NCBI GenBank assembly: GCA_963714015.1
Contig: OY970223.1
Span: forward strand, 256,001-320,000
DNA length: 64,000 nucleotides
Reading direction: 5' to 3'
Origin: Vulcanimicrobiota bacterium
GTDB lineage: Bacteria; Vulcanimicrobiota; Vulcanimicrobiia; Vulcanimicrobiales; Vulcanimicrobiaceae
Position 1 is the first letter of the stretch. Each line of letters begins with the position of its first letter. The position numbers and the translations under genes were made by a program. This document shows, one piece after another, positions 1 through 11,083 of the stretch. Below the pieces are notes generated by a model. It had not been told where the DNA came from and ran no database searches. It worked only from the letters and a program-made list of their open reading frames with translations.

Positions 1-804
1 TTGATTCGCGCGCACGGCGGAATCGCTGAACAGTGCCCCGAGCAGTGACGGAAATAAGAAATACGACCCCGTCGCAACGAGCGTAACGAAACCAAGAGCC
101 GTGAACGCCGCCCACAAGCCGCGCCGCTCGCGAGCATACATGGAAATAGCAAGCGCAACGTAAATCGGAATCGACGTGAAAACCAAATATTCGACGCCGA
201 TGCAAAAGCCGAACAGGGAACAAACGACTCCGACAAGCGGTAACGCCGCAAGGGACCAGCGACGCAACATCAGCAGCCCCGCCGCCAGCGCCGCCGGCGC
301 ACAGGCAGCGGTCCATCCCATGTCGAGATTACCACGAATCGCAAGCGCAGTTACCGGCAAGACGGCATAACATAGGCCGCACGCCACGGACCAAATGGGC
401 CTGAAACGGAGCACCCGGCAAAGCCATGCGCAAGCGGCGCACGATATGACGAGCTCGAGCGCTTCAAGGATTTTGATGTCAAACCATACGCTCTTGAAAA
501 CAAAGGCCAGCGGAAGCGCCGGTACGTATGAAAGGTACGGATTCAGATTGAAAAGAGGCTGGTCGAACCACGGGCTCCACGCAAGGGTATCCACGAAGTC
601 CCGCAGCGTATGGATGTCGCGAGTCGCATAGCTGAGGGTGATGTAATTTACGCCAAGGTCTTTATAAAACGCGAACGGCTCGCCGACGCTAAACACGAAC
701 ACCCATAGCCACGCAAGTAGCACGGCTGCGAATAACGCGACCACAGCCGCGATAGCGCGGTCCGAAGCGGCGATCGAAACGACTGCGCCGCGAACTCTCA
801 GCAC
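1..804 (-). CDS. Polytopic membrane protein, GT-C/YfhO-like glycosyltransferase (partial, runs off window start)
   Basis: Manual translation from GTG at 804 (overlaps the GT4 stop) is open to position 1: VLRVRGAVVSIAASDRAIAAVVALFAAVLLAWLW...WSPWFDQPLFNLNPY...; many TM segments. Absent from the ORF track. Confidence 0.6.
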   Translation of the reverse strand, partial: MLRVRGAVVSIAASDRAIAAVVALFAAVLLAWLWVFVFSVGEPFAFYKDLGVNYITLSYATRDIHTLRDFVDTLAWSPWFDQPLFNLNPYLSYVPALPLAFVFKSVWFDIKILEALELVISCAACAWLCRVLRFRPIWSVACGLCYAVLPVTALAIRGNLDMGWTAACAPAALAAGLLMLRRWSLAALPLVGVVCSLFGFCIGVEYLVFTSIPIYVALAISMYARERRGLWAAFTALGFVTLVATGSYFLFPSLLGALFSDSAVRANQ

Positions 805-1940
805 CGTGTAAGATAAAGAAGGGCGGACATCTCTACCTGTGCCGCTTTCTCCCACGTAAAGCTCCTTGAAAGCGCGGTCGCTTGATCCGATATTTTCAGG
901 CGAAGGTCCTCATTCGTAAATAATGCGGCGCACGCATTCGCAAATGCGGCCGTATCTCCCAGGGGTACGCCGATCCGTCCCCCGCTGAAAATCTCGCTGA
1001 ATACCGGCAATTCGTACGTTACCGCCGGCAGGCCGGCCGCCATCGCTTCGGCCAGTGCGATGCCCCAGCCCTCTTCGAGACTTGGAAAGACGAACACGCC
1101 GGCCGACCGCAACATCTGCCATTTCGTCTGCTCGTCGACCTCACCGCAGATCTCGATTCTCTCCGATAATCCGCGCTCGAAAATCGCCTTCGAGAGCACG
1201 CGGGAATAATTGTAATCGACTGGACCGGCCAAAAAGAGCCGCGAACCTCCGCACGCCGCCGGCAACCGCGCCCATGCATCGATGAGATGCTCGACACCCT
1301 TGGCCGGATGCAGCCTTCCCAAGAAAACAGCGTCTTTACGCGCGATCGAAACGCGAACCTCGCCGGCTCCTCCCCCTGGTACGTCTACTCCGTTTGTAGT
1401 CACGAATATCGGAGCCCGTCGCCCGTCGAGCCGAAGCCGCCGAGCCAACCACATGGTCCCGACGATGTTCGCGCCGAAAAGGCTGCGAATCAGTAGCAGC
1501 GCGAAGCGTTCGCTGACGTATGCCAGGCTGTTGTTCCAGCCCATCCCGCGGGGGCGCTTCCAGGGAGCATCGATGACGTGCCAAATGATTGCGGCTGCTC
1601 GCCGCGGTTTGCTCATGACGGCGGGCAGCACGTCAGCAATAAAATGAGACGTGCAGAGCAAGACGTCACACGAGCGAAGTTGGCGCCGCCGCAAAATTCC
1701 GAGTATTGCGCGCAGAACGAAGTCGAGCTTCGCGTAAGGCCCCGCACGCAATAACGAGGGCATTGCAACGTACTGCGCTCGAGGCAGTGCGCTCAAGAAC
1801 GATTCTCTTGCGGCTTTCGGGCCGAAGATAACGAGCTCGTGTTCGCGCCAGCGGCGAGCCACCTCGATAAAGTGCACGTGACCGCCGGCTTTCAAAGCAT
1901 AGGTCGGTTCGAACGTGTTTGCCAGCAGGCCGATTTTCAC
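798..1940 (-). CDS. Glycosyltransferase family 4
   Basis: C-terminal part of ORF 798..3377. Real start is probably GTG 1940 (VKIGLLANTFEP). Motifs FLGRLHPAKG and FVFPSLEEGWGIALAEAMAAGLP. Confidence 0.9.
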   Translation of the reverse strand: MKIGLLANTFEPTYALKAGGHVHFIEVARRWREHELVIFGPKAARESFLSALPRAQYVAMPSLLRAGPYAKLDFVLRAILGILRRRQLRSCDVLLCTSHFIADVLPAVMSKPRRAAAIIWHVIDAPWKRPRGMGWNNSLAYVSERFALLLIRSLFGANIVGTMWLARRLRLDGRRAPIFVTTNGVDVPGGGAGEVRVSIARKDAVFLGRLHPAKGVEHLIDAWARLPAACGGSRLFLAGPVDYNYSRVLSKAIFERGLSERIEICGEVDEQTKWQMLRSAGVFVFPSLEEGWGIALAEAMAAGLPAVTYELPVFSEIFSGGRIGVPLGDTAAFANACAALFTNEDLRLKISDQATALSRSFTWEKAAQVEMSALLYLTRC

Positions 1941-4340
1941 GATTCTTGCCTTCGGCGCAACGGCGCCGTCCCGATCACAGCCAGCAAGGCCGCCGCTTGC
2001 AACAAGGTTGCGGCTGCGTTGAGCGACGTGGCAGCGGTCTGCGGCGAGAAAAACAAATAGACGGTCCTGCGGTGCGAGCTCGGGAGAACCGGCCAGCCGT
2101 TGAAGATCACGTGTACGCGATGTGCATGCTCTGAACGCGAGCCGTCCGACAACACCCAGCCGGCATCGAATGTGCGCGCATACACCAGTTCGCGCGGCGA
2201 TTGCAACGGCGGAATTACCAGCCGAACGAGCCACGGCCGAATCGGATCTGCGCTTACGGGAACCATGGGCGACGGAGTTCCAGCCGTTTGCGCCACAGGG
2301 TGCCAACCAGCGCTGTTCGATGCGATAATTCGGGCGACGGCCGCTTCGCCGCCGACGACCAAATGCAACGGTGAATCGCTCGAAATGGCGGTCCACTTCC
2401 ACCACCGGTAGGATCCGTAAAGCTTCGCCGGCAGCGGCGTTCCGGGGACCGCATTGATTTGAGCATGCGTGCCGGCAATCAGCGCGTACACGTTGCGGTA
2501 ATTGCGGGGAACCGCAACCGTTAGCGCTGCGTGTGACTCGGTTATGACTGGTTCGGAGGAGACGTTCGTGAGCTGGGGCGCGTACCAGGACCAGAGTCTG
2601 TCCGGAGACCCACGACGAATGCAGGTTGTTGCCTTCTATCGACGAGGTAAAGGGCAAAGCCATACCCGGCGGCAGTGATCCATCGGCGAAAAACCGCATC
2701 AGTGCATCTGCAGCCCCAATATTCTCGAGGGACGCCGCGGGCCGATACACCTGCGCCGCGCGAGCGACTGAAAACCGGCGTTGCAGCGCGGACTGACGTC
2801 GCTCGAACGCCGCGTAACGCGCCCCGACGCCCGGTTCAAAAGAGCGCGGCAAAGAAGAAACAATTCCGTCTCGCCAATACGCGCAGCCGAATCCGAGCGC
2901 TGCCGGCAAACTCATGTCCCCGGTACGAGCGGCGCGCAGAAGTGCCGCCTGTGTGAACGCAGGCGAGCCCGCCACGACGCCGTCGTTGACAATCAGCCTG
3001 CCCGGGTCGGCCCCGAATGAATCGGGTGACGCCGCCCGCGCAACGGGCTCGTCGTTCGGGAGCAACGCTTGAAGGTTTTGGGAAGCACAGGGGCTCGAGG
3101 TAAAAGCCGGCGCTTCGATCGCGGGGATCATGCGTTGTAAGCCCATTGACACAAACGGCGCACACACGATGAGAATAACGCCTGAAGCAACGTACTGAAC
3201 GCGCCGCGGTAAACAAGCAATCCCGATCGCAGCTGAGGATTGCAATGCCGAACGCATACAGTACCATGAAGTGATAAAGCTCTCGGAAAATCGTGAACCA
3301 TTCAAACCGTGACAGCGCAAATTGGAGCAGCGGCTGAAGCGGTCCATGCCACCCGTTTGCGATGAGAAGTCCGGCAAGCGCGAAAACGCCGAATGCCGCC
3401 ACCCATCTGCGCGAGACGCGCTGGACGAGACTAACCGCTATTCCAAGCACTGCGAGGATCACGAACGCAATCTTTGCCCACAGATACGGCGCTTGGACGC
3501 CGGCAGGAAGCGCATTGACATCGTAGTGCAGATACCCGCCGATGCGGACGAGATCGCCGAACTTTCCGCTCTGGTCTATCTCCCATTGCGTCGTCGCGTG
3601 TCTGGCAATGAGGCCTCCGACTTCCCCCGGCCCAAAATTTGCGAGGAGGCAGATATTGTGAACGATTGCCAAAGCGACAATGACGCCGAAGACCGATGCC
3701 GTACGCCAAGTCACGCCGGAAGCAGCGCATATCAAGAACGCGAGCAGTGCGCCAAAAAACACGAATTGAATCTGCGCGCTGGCGACCGCAAGGAGCAGCC
3801 CGGCAACTATCGCCGCGATCAGTGGATGTTTCCCACAGCAAGCCCGGCGGCAGTAATACGCAAAATACGGCATTAGGGAATAGGCGGCAATGTAATAGAT
3901 GTGCCCCGCGACAGTCTTTTGAAATGCAACGGGTCCCGCGGCATAGGCAGCTGCAACGGCCCAACAGCTGAAAGCGGACGGAGCAATACCGAGCTCGCGC
4001 AGCAGCGCCAGCATCCCGAGCTGGCTTAACGTAAAGCAGGCAGCAAGAAAAATAAGCAGCACGACCTGCGTAGAGGCGTGTAAATGCACGAGCACGGCGA
4101 AAAAAAACAAAACGAAGTTTACGGTCGGCGAGTCCTGAGCAGCGCCGAAGCCGTTCGGCAACCACGTCGAGAGGCCGTCCAAGAACCATCGATCGAATCC
4201 CACGGACTGCGCAGGCCACAGCCAGTCCTGACGCAAGCCCGGCACGCCGCGGCGCAGTGCGAACGGCACGGCAATCCACGCCGACAGGGCGATGCTCGCG
4301 CAGGCTTGCGCTATGAATTCAAAGCGCGCGGCCGTACGCG
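1937..4340 (-). CDS. Large GT-C membrane glycosyltransferase, AftD/DUF3367-like (two +1 frameshifts at ~3236 and 2597; start approximate)
   Basis: Three consecutive frames join into one protein: GLRQDWLWP...STWLPNGFG, many TM helices, FRELYHF, and a C-terminal periplasmic region ending VIFNGW plus a TM helix. Confidence 0.6.
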
Positions 4341-5482
4341 CCGTTGCGCCTGCGCAGAGCGTTGAGTGCTCGGCCTTCGATTTCGGCGGCTTTCGACCAA
4401 GAAAATGAGCGAGAAAGTTCCCGCGCTTCGGCCGCGTATTTTGTCCGGAGTTCCTCATTGGTTAGCAGCGCCGCCGTCGCGCGCGCAAAGGAGGCAACGT
4501 CGCCGATGGGCACAGCGATGCGCCCGCCGGTAAAGATCTCTCGAAAGATTTCCAAGTCATACGTTACGCACGGAAGTCCGAATGCCATAGCCTCTGCTAT
4601 GGCAATTCCCCATCCCTCTTCCTTGCTCGGAAACAGAAAAACAGCGCTGGACTGCAGTAGTCTGCGCTTCTCTTCGTCCGATACCGGTCCTGCAAAGGCA
4701 ACTGAGTCTAAAACTCCCAGCTGCATCGCTTGAAAACGCAGTTTGCGTTCGTAGTCTTCCGAACCGCCGCCGACGATCGTGAGCCGCCGATCGGAGGCCT
4801 GAGGCTTTGCAATCGCCCAAGCTTTCAGAAGATCTTCCAAGCCCTTCGTCGGATGAAGCCGGCCCACGTAAATCGCCCCTGCGCGCTCGGTCATTGAATT
4901 GGGAGCGGCGAGGTGTTCGATGCCGTTGGTCGTTACGCAATAGGATTTGCGTCCGGCTAGGCGCATTTGCCGCGCTAAGAGTTCGCTTCCGACGATTACG
5001 TGCTTGAAGAATACCTCAATAAGTAAAAGCCCGAGTTTCTCCGCGGCGTAAGCGATGTAATTCGCCGCGACGGAGCCCTCTCGTTTCCACGGGGGCTCCA
5101 CAAGATGCCAGAGCACGACGGTTGCGCGCGCAGACGCTGAAAGAACCGCAGGGACGACGTCCGGCAAGAAGTGCGACGAGCACAAGATCGCATCACACGA
5201 TCGCACCTTCGGGGCTACGCCGGCCGCAGCGACGCTTCTATAGAGGAAGATCGCCGCTTTGCTATTCGTCAGTGAATCGCAGGAGGGTACGGGTACGAAT
5301 TCCGCCGTAGGCAAGTCGCGCTCGAAAACCGCCCTGGCCTGCTCGGGGGCGAACACGACGAGATCGAAATCCTGCCAGCGCTTTGCAACCTCGACCAGAT
5401 GGACGTGGCCGCCCGCCCTTTCACCGAAAACGGGATCGAAAGAGTTCGCAATGATGGCGATTCGCGGTCGCCCCGAGCGCAC
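4319..5482 (-). CDS. Glycosyltransferase family 4
   Basis: YVGRLHPTKG and FLFPSKEEGWGIAIAEAMAFGLP; paralog of 798..1940. Confidence 0.9.
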   Translation of the reverse strand: MRSGRPRIAIIANSFDPVFGERAGGHVHLVEVAKRWQDFDLVVFAPEQARAVFERDLPTAEFVPVPSCDSLTNSKAAIFLYRSVAAAGVAPKVRSCDAILCSSHFLPDVVPAVLSASARATVVLWHLVEPPWKREGSVAANYIAYAAEKLGLLLIEVFFKHVIVGSELLARQMRLAGRKSYCVTTNGIEHLAAPNSMTERAGAIYVGRLHPTKGLEDLLKAWAIAKPQASDRRLTIVGGGSEDYERKLRFQAMQLGVLDSVAFAGPVSDEEKRRLLQSSAVFLFPSKEEGWGIAIAEAMAFGLPCVTYDLEIFREIFTGGRIAVPIGDVASFARATAALLTNEELRTKYAAEARELSRSFSWSKAAEIEGRALNALRRRNGAYGRAL

Positions 5483-5499
5483 GAAGCGTTGCGGCCCGG

Positions 5500-7478
5500 T
5501 CAGACTTCTTCAAACTCGCGAAAACGGATTTCCGAAGGTTCCATACGACTCGCTCGCATGCGAGAGCCGTCTATGACCTGCCAATGATCCCGAACTCGAA
5601 CCAGACTGAATGTATCTGCAGCCGCCGCACGTACGATCGCATCCAAAAAACGCTCGGCCGTAGTCTGTCCATGAGAATTGCGCCGCTCGCCGTTCGGCTC
5701 CGAAGCGCAACTGCTGCAACAACGGATTCTTTTGAATTACCCGCAGGATAGGCTCGGAGAGATCGGTGCCCTCGGGGACGATAAGGCCGTTTTGGCCATC
5801 CACGATCGCTTCACGGAGTCCCGGAACGTCATACGCAATTGCGGGAGTTCCACACGCGTTGGCTTCAATCGCGGCGATTCCCCAGCCTTCCATCGACGAC
5901 GGAGTTACGAAGCACCAGGAGCGCTGCAGAAGATCCACTTTACTACGATCGTCGATGTAACCGGCAATCTCAACGCATGACTCCAAGCCCAGATTCAGTA
6001 CGAGCTCGCGCAATGGCCCTTCCTGATCGCCCGAACCCGCAATGACCAGCCGGGCGTCCGGAACCTCGGCACGCACCTTCGCGAACGCCTGAACGAGCAG
6101 ATCGATTCGTTTGTACCGTTTCAAGCGTCCGACGTACGAAACGAGCGGATAAGGGCTCTTCACGCCCGGAACGCAATCGACGTCAACGCCGCTGTGGACG
6201 ATTTCGATCGGCCGCGTTGAAAAGCGGTTGGCGACCATCTCGTCGCGCGTCGTGTTAGAAATCGTCACGAAGCTGGCTCCGCGGTACAACTGAGGCATAA
6301 AGCGCGTTTCCAGCCAGACGAAGAGCCAACCGATTAACCTCGGAAGCTGCGTCTCGAACACCCGTTTGTGCACGTGAAATATCAGGCAAATCTTCGGCTT
6401 GAGGCTAAACAAGGGCGTGAAGAACGGAATGCCGTTCTCCGCGTCGACGATTACGTCAAATCGATTTCTGAAGCGCGTGAGATAGGTCCAGGCGGCGCGC
6501 GCGTAAACCGTAAACCGGTTCCCGACTCGACAAATATGCACGCCTTCCAACACTTCCGAATGAGGCGCCTCTTTGAATCCGGCAGTCAGCCAAACGACGC
6601 GGTTTCCCCATGAGACCCAACGCTTCGCCATTTCGAACAAGTAGGTTTCCGCACCGCCGGCTTGCGGGTTTTTCGGATCGCGCCAGTTGAAGATCAGAAT
6701 GGAGAATCCGTCATGCAGGCGCATGGGCTTGGTCGGAAACAGGCGATCGAAGATCGGAACGGCATAGTGCAGCACGGAATGCCGCAAGCGTAGCCGTACG
6801 AGCGCTGCAAACATTCGAGCCGAAACGGTCAAAGAGCTGGACGCGCGAACCCAGCACGTCGGCCCACTCGGTCGGCTCTTCGTCGACGCGAACCCCTGCC
6901 TGTTTCAGTGCGAACAGCAGCTCGACGTCGAACGCCATGTTCGACGTCTCCAGGTGACCCATAATCCGGCGCAAGGCGGCTTTGCGAAAGACCTTAGCGC
7001 CGCACTGGGTGTCGTGCAGCCGCAGTCCGAAGAATGCGCGCACGAGCGTATTGAAACTACGACTCGCTATGCGGCGTTTCAAAGACTGCGCCTGACGTAT
7101 CCGCGATCCGCGGATCCATCGCGACCCAACGACGGCGTCGCGATCGCCGAGAACGCCGAACAGCCGCCTCATCTCGATTGCGGACGTCGAACCGTCCGCA
7201 TCGGCGAAGCCGATAACATCCGCCCGAGCCACGAGAAATCCGGCCCTCACTGCACCGCCTTTGCCGACCGGATGATCGATCTCGACGTACTCCACGTTGG
7301 AGAATTCGCTCTTGATCTCCCGAACGAGTCTCGAGCTGCCGTCCGTGCATCCATTGAGAATGACGATCACTTCCGAGTCGGCAAACTCACGCGCGTAGGA
7401 CCGCAGCGTCGGGCCGATTCGAGCCTCCTCGTTGTGAGCCGGAATGATTACCGAATAGAGCGGCTTGACGTTACTCAC
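5500..7478 (-). CDS. GT2 (Dol-P-Glc/Man synthase-like)-GT4 fusion glycosyltransferase (frameshifts ~6833 and 5664)
   Basis: N-terminal SVIIPAHNEE, GKGGAVRAG, FADADGS, DTQCGAKVF; C-terminal NWRDPKNPQAGGAE, YVGRLKRYKR, EGWGIAAIEANACG. The frames join by removing one base at each site. Confidence 0.8.
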
Positions 7479-8794
7479 GCGGCCACGGCTTCTTCACTAT
7501 TTGCGCGTATTGTGCTCACGAACCTCAATTTGAAGGAACACCCCATCACCGCAGCCGCGTTGCCGATCAGCAGAATATGAATTACTTCCCACAGCGAACG
7601 GTGGTAGAAAACGATAGCGGCGGCTTCGGCGCAGAGCACGATGCACAACGGGACGAGGAAATCAAATCGATGCAAGCCGATCTTGTAATTGACGACGACC
7701 GAGAGACAGGCAAGTAAACCAATTGCCAAGTCGTATTGAAAAACGTAAGCGGCCCCGGCCGAAAAAGCGTGTCCGGCGAGAAGCGAGAGCGCGCGCGCCG
7801 GTTCTATGCCGAAGATTGCAAGCACGGTGCCGGCCATCACGACGGTCCCCAGCGTTGCCTGCGCAAGCAAACCAGTGGTGGATTCGCTCCTCTTTGCTTG
7901 TGCAACCGCCTTCGGCAAAAGGATCATCGGCAAGAAACTTACGAGGAATAGAATGACTTTTCCGGTGAGGTTGACGGCGGCGTAGAGCCCGGCTTCGTGC
8001 GCATTGAAGTAATGCTTGACCAGCACGACGTCCATGAAGCTCAGCAGCGTCATTGCCGCAGTTGCGACTGCTACGCCCAAACAGGTCTGAACGAGGCGCC
8101 GCAAGTCCAATGACAAGCGTACTAGCTCACCAGGCTGGGCGCGATGAACCCGCACCGCCCAAATCGTGTAGGCCAGCGCCAACGTGGTTCCGCATAGCCA
8201 TCCGGCCATCGCGCCGAAGACACCGTAGCCTGCGTATACTAAACCTACACCCAAGAGCACTTTGAACAGCACTTCGAGCGTCACGGATACCGAATACCGA
8301 CGGAAGTCCTGTTCGCCTTGAAGGATGCCGCGCACGCTCGGCATCAGGAAACCCAGCGCCATGATCGCGACGCAGAGGGTGATTGTCGCGTCGTTCGGGA
8401 TGTGCAAGAACGAAGCGACTGCCGAGCGCAGCATCATTCCTGCTGCAAACAGAATTACGGCGGCCACGGCAGTCCACTTCAGTAAGAGTTGAGAGAGCCT
8501 CCATAAGCGCGCATCATCGGCGACCGCGTGGAACTCCGCAGTGTACTTGACGATGACCAGGTTGGCAACGGCTGCGGGAATGGAAACGATGATCAGGCCG
8601 TTGATCAGCGACGAGAGCGCAGCATAGTTTTCGACGCCGATTCGGCGGCTTATCGCGAAATTGAACGCATAATTGAAGACATTGCACGCCATCGAAGCGC
8701 CGAATACGAGGGCGCTGTGCCGCAAGAAATCGTTCCGAAGCGCCCGCCTAATCGGGGCGGCGAAGCCGGCTTCAGCCAAGACCGCTATCGTCAT
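7475..8794 (-). CDS. Oligosaccharide flippase (Wzx/MOP family)
   Basis: About 12 TM segments, RGILQGEQDF, DVVLVKHYF..EAGLYAAV; polysaccharide-cluster context. Confidence 0.8.
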   Translation of the reverse strand: MTIAVLAEAGFAAPIRRALRNDFLRHSALVFGASMACNVFNYAFNFAISRRIGVENYAALSSLINGLIIVSIPAAVANLVIVKYTAEFHAVADDARLWRLSQLLLKWTAVAAVILFAAGMMLRSAVASFLHIPNDATITLCVAIMALGFLMPSVRGILQGEQDFRRYSVSVTLEVLFKVLLGVGLVYAGYGVFGAMAGWLCGTTLALAYTIWAVRVHRAQPGELVRLSLDLRRLVQTCLGVAVATAAMTLLSFMDVVLVKHYFNAHEAGLYAAVNLTGKVILFLVSFLPMILLPKAVAQAKRSESTTGLLAQATLGTVVMAGTVLAIFGIEPARALSLLAGHAFSAGAAYVFQYDLAIGLLACLSVVVNYKIGLHRFDFLVPLCIVLCAEAAAIVFYHRSLWEVIHILLIGNAAAVMGCSFKLRFVSTIRANSEEAVAA

Positions 8795-10335
8795 GCGATC
8801 GGCGCCTCGCTATTTTCGGGCGGGCTCGGCAGATTGCGCACGAACTTCTGAACGATCAGGCTGAGCGCCATCTTCAGTTCTTCAACGCCCAAGGCGAGCG
8901 AACAGGCGATGAAAGCCAGGCCGCCGATCGCGACTTGACCAAACAAATACCACGCGCGGGAGATCAGCGTCGCTTCAGGCGTTGCGCCTAATGCGGCAAT
9001 CCAGTGCAGCGTGGCAACCATCACGCCGGCGCTGATGCCGATCTTCAACGCCGATACGATTAGGGCTCGCCAGTCGATGTGATGAATGATGCGGCTCACC
9101 AGCACGAGCAGCATGACGGCTTGCATCGACTGGCTCAGGGAATTTGCCAGCAAAAGGCCGCGAGCGCCGAGCGTAGGAAGCCACGTCACCGAGAGCAGCA
9201 CGTTCACGACCACAGTGAAGACCGAAATCGCCACGGTCCAGCTCGTCTCTTTGCATGCGAAGGCGCATCGCGTCAGCACGACGTTTGCTGCGAGCGCCAC
9301 CAAGCCGATTGCCGCAAACGGCAGCAAGCCCGCGCAGAGATCGGTCGCTGACGCTTTGAACGTCCCGCGCTCGAACAGCGTCTGGACCATGGGGTGCGCG
9401 AGAACGATCAGCGCGCAGACGCTCGGAATCGTTATGAAGTTCACCAACCGCAAGCCCATGGTCACGCTGCTGCCGAGCGCGAGGCGATTTGCGCGCGCGA
9501 AATGTGAAGCCAGCAGCGGGAAGATCACGGTCGCGATCGCCGCCGCAAAGATCTGCTGCGGGAAATTCACCAGCTTCGTTGCGTAGTTCATGCCGGCCAT
9601 GTAGCCCGGGCTTAGCGTCGAGGCGAAATAGCGATCGAAGAAAAGTGCGATTTGACCGGCAGCCGAACCGATGATGATCGGTCCGAGCAGATCCCACATC
9701 GAATGCAGCCCAGGATGCTTGAGGTCGAGCATGAACCGGTATTTGCGCGTCCAGAGCAGCGCCGGGACCTGAATCAGCATCTGCGCGAACAGACCCAGTG
9801 CGGTGCCCAGCACGAGCGAATAGATGCCGAGCTTCGCGTTGAGCAGCACGACGCAGGCAATCGTCGTAACGTTGAGGGCGATCCCGATGAGGGAAGCCGA
9901 GCGAAACCGCTGGTGGGCGTTGAGGATGGCGCTGAAGACGCCCGAGAGGCTCACCGCGACGATACTCGGCATGAGCCACCGCGTCATTCGGATCGCAATC
10001 GCCATCTGCGGCGCCGGAAAACCGTGCGCGATCAGCGGCACGTACAGCGGCGCAAAAACGTAGCCCAGCACTGCGCCGACCGCCAGTATAAGGAAGAGGC
10101 CGTTGATAATCGTATTGGCCAGCCGCCACGCCTCGTCGTCCTTGCCTCGAGCGATATATCCGCTGAACGTGGGCACCAGCGCGCTCACCAAAGCGCCGTT
10201 GAATACCCCGAACAAGATCGTGGGCACCACGGCGGCGGCGAGAAAGGTATCCATTTCCCACTGAGTGCCGTAGTAGCGGGCGTTCACGACCTCCCGAAAA
10301 AAGCCGAGCAAAGTGGACGCCAACGTCGCAGCCAT
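8791..10335 (-). CDS. murJ: Lipid II flippase MurJ (MviN); the frame stays open for about 30 more codons upstream
   Basis: STLLGFFREVVNARYYG, GALVSALVPTF, NYATKLVNFPQ, LFERGTF. Confidence 0.85.
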   Translation of the reverse strand: MAATLASTLLGFFREVVNARYYGTQWEMDTFLAAAVVPTILFGVFNGALVSALVPTFSGYIARGKDDEAWRLANTIINGLFLILAVGAVLGYVFAPLYVPLIAHGFPAPQMAIAIRMTRWLMPSIVAVSLSGVFSAILNAHQRFRSASLIGIALNVTTIACVVLLNAKLGIYSLVLGTALGLFAQMLIQVPALLWTRKYRFMLDLKHPGLHSMWDLLGPIIIGSAAGQIALFFDRYFASTLSPGYMAGMNYATKLVNFPQQIFAAAIATVIFPLLASHFARANRLALGSSVTMGLRLVNFITIPSVCALIVLAHPMVQTLFERGTFKASATDLCAGLLPFAAIGLVALAANVVLTRCAFACKETSWTVAISVFTVVVNVLLSVTWLPTLGARGLLLANSLSQSMQAVMLLVLVSRIIHHIDWRALIVSALKIGISAGVMVATLHWIAALGATPEATLISRAWYLFGQVAIGGLAFIACSLALGVEELKMALSLIVQKFVRNLPSPPENSEAPIA

Positions 10336-10408
10336 GACGAAAAGCGCGGACCCGGCAAGGGTCTGGCTCGTCGAAGGTTGCGTGGGCTGAATCAGCCGGA
10401 GCTGTGCT

Positions 10409-11083
10409 CTAATGGGCGCCGTCCTTACGAATCACCGCAGGTATGGTCCTGACCAAGATGACGAGATCGCGCACCGGGGACCAGCTATCGATGTACTCGT
10501 TGTCCAGGCGCATCCATTCGTCGAATGCCACCCCGCAGCGTCCGGCGATTTGCCACAGGCATGTAATTCCCGGTTTTACACTGAGACGCCGCATGGCATA
10601 AGCGTCGTAGTGCTCGACCTCACAAGGGAGCGGCGGACGCGGACCAACCAGCGACATCTCGCCGCGAACCACGTTAAAGAGATTCGGCAATTCGTCGATG
10701 CTCGTCCGGCGCAGGAACGATCCGAGCCGATGCAGCCGCGGGTCGTCTTTGATCTTGAAAACCGGCCCCTCGAGTTCGTTCAAGTGCAGCAGATCCTGTC
10801 GCATGTCGTGCGCCCCTTCGACCATCGTCCGCAGTTTGAACATGCGGAAGCGCCGCCCGTTCAAACCGACGCGTTCTTGACTAAAGAACGGCGAACCGCG
10901 ATCGACGAGCACGATGGCCACACAGGCGATCGCAATGATGGGCAGCGCCAGCACAAGCGCCAAGCCGGCGCCGGCGACATCCGTCAGGCGCTTTATCGTG
11001 CTCCACGACGAAGGGACGGCGCGCGCACGGGGAGTGACCCAGAGTTCGGCAACCGTAACGCGATCGCTTTCGACTAGTTGCAT
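10409..11083 (-). CDS. Priming phosphoglycosyl transferase (bacterial sugar transferase)
   Basis: KRLTDV, FKLRTM, DDPRLHRLGSFLRRTSIDELPNLFNVVRGEMSLVGPRP, KPGITCLWQI. Confidence 0.92.
   Translation of the reverse strand: MQLVESDRVTVAELWVTPRARAVPSSWSTIKRLTDVAGAGLALVLALPIIAIACVAIVLVDRGSPFFSQERVGLNGRRFRMFKLRTMVEGAHDMRQDLLHLNELEGPVFKIKDDPRLHRLGSFLRRTSIDELPNLFNVVRGEMSLVGPRPPLPCEVEHYDAYAMRRLSVKPGITCLWQIAGRCGVAFDEWMRLDNEYIDSWSPVRDLVILVRTIPAVIRKDGAH

Noticed and set aside
798..3377. 859-aa ORF as a single novel fusion protein
   Set aside because: Chimera caused by frameshifts: the middle of the GT-C gene runs out of frame into a separate GT4 that starts at GTG 1940.
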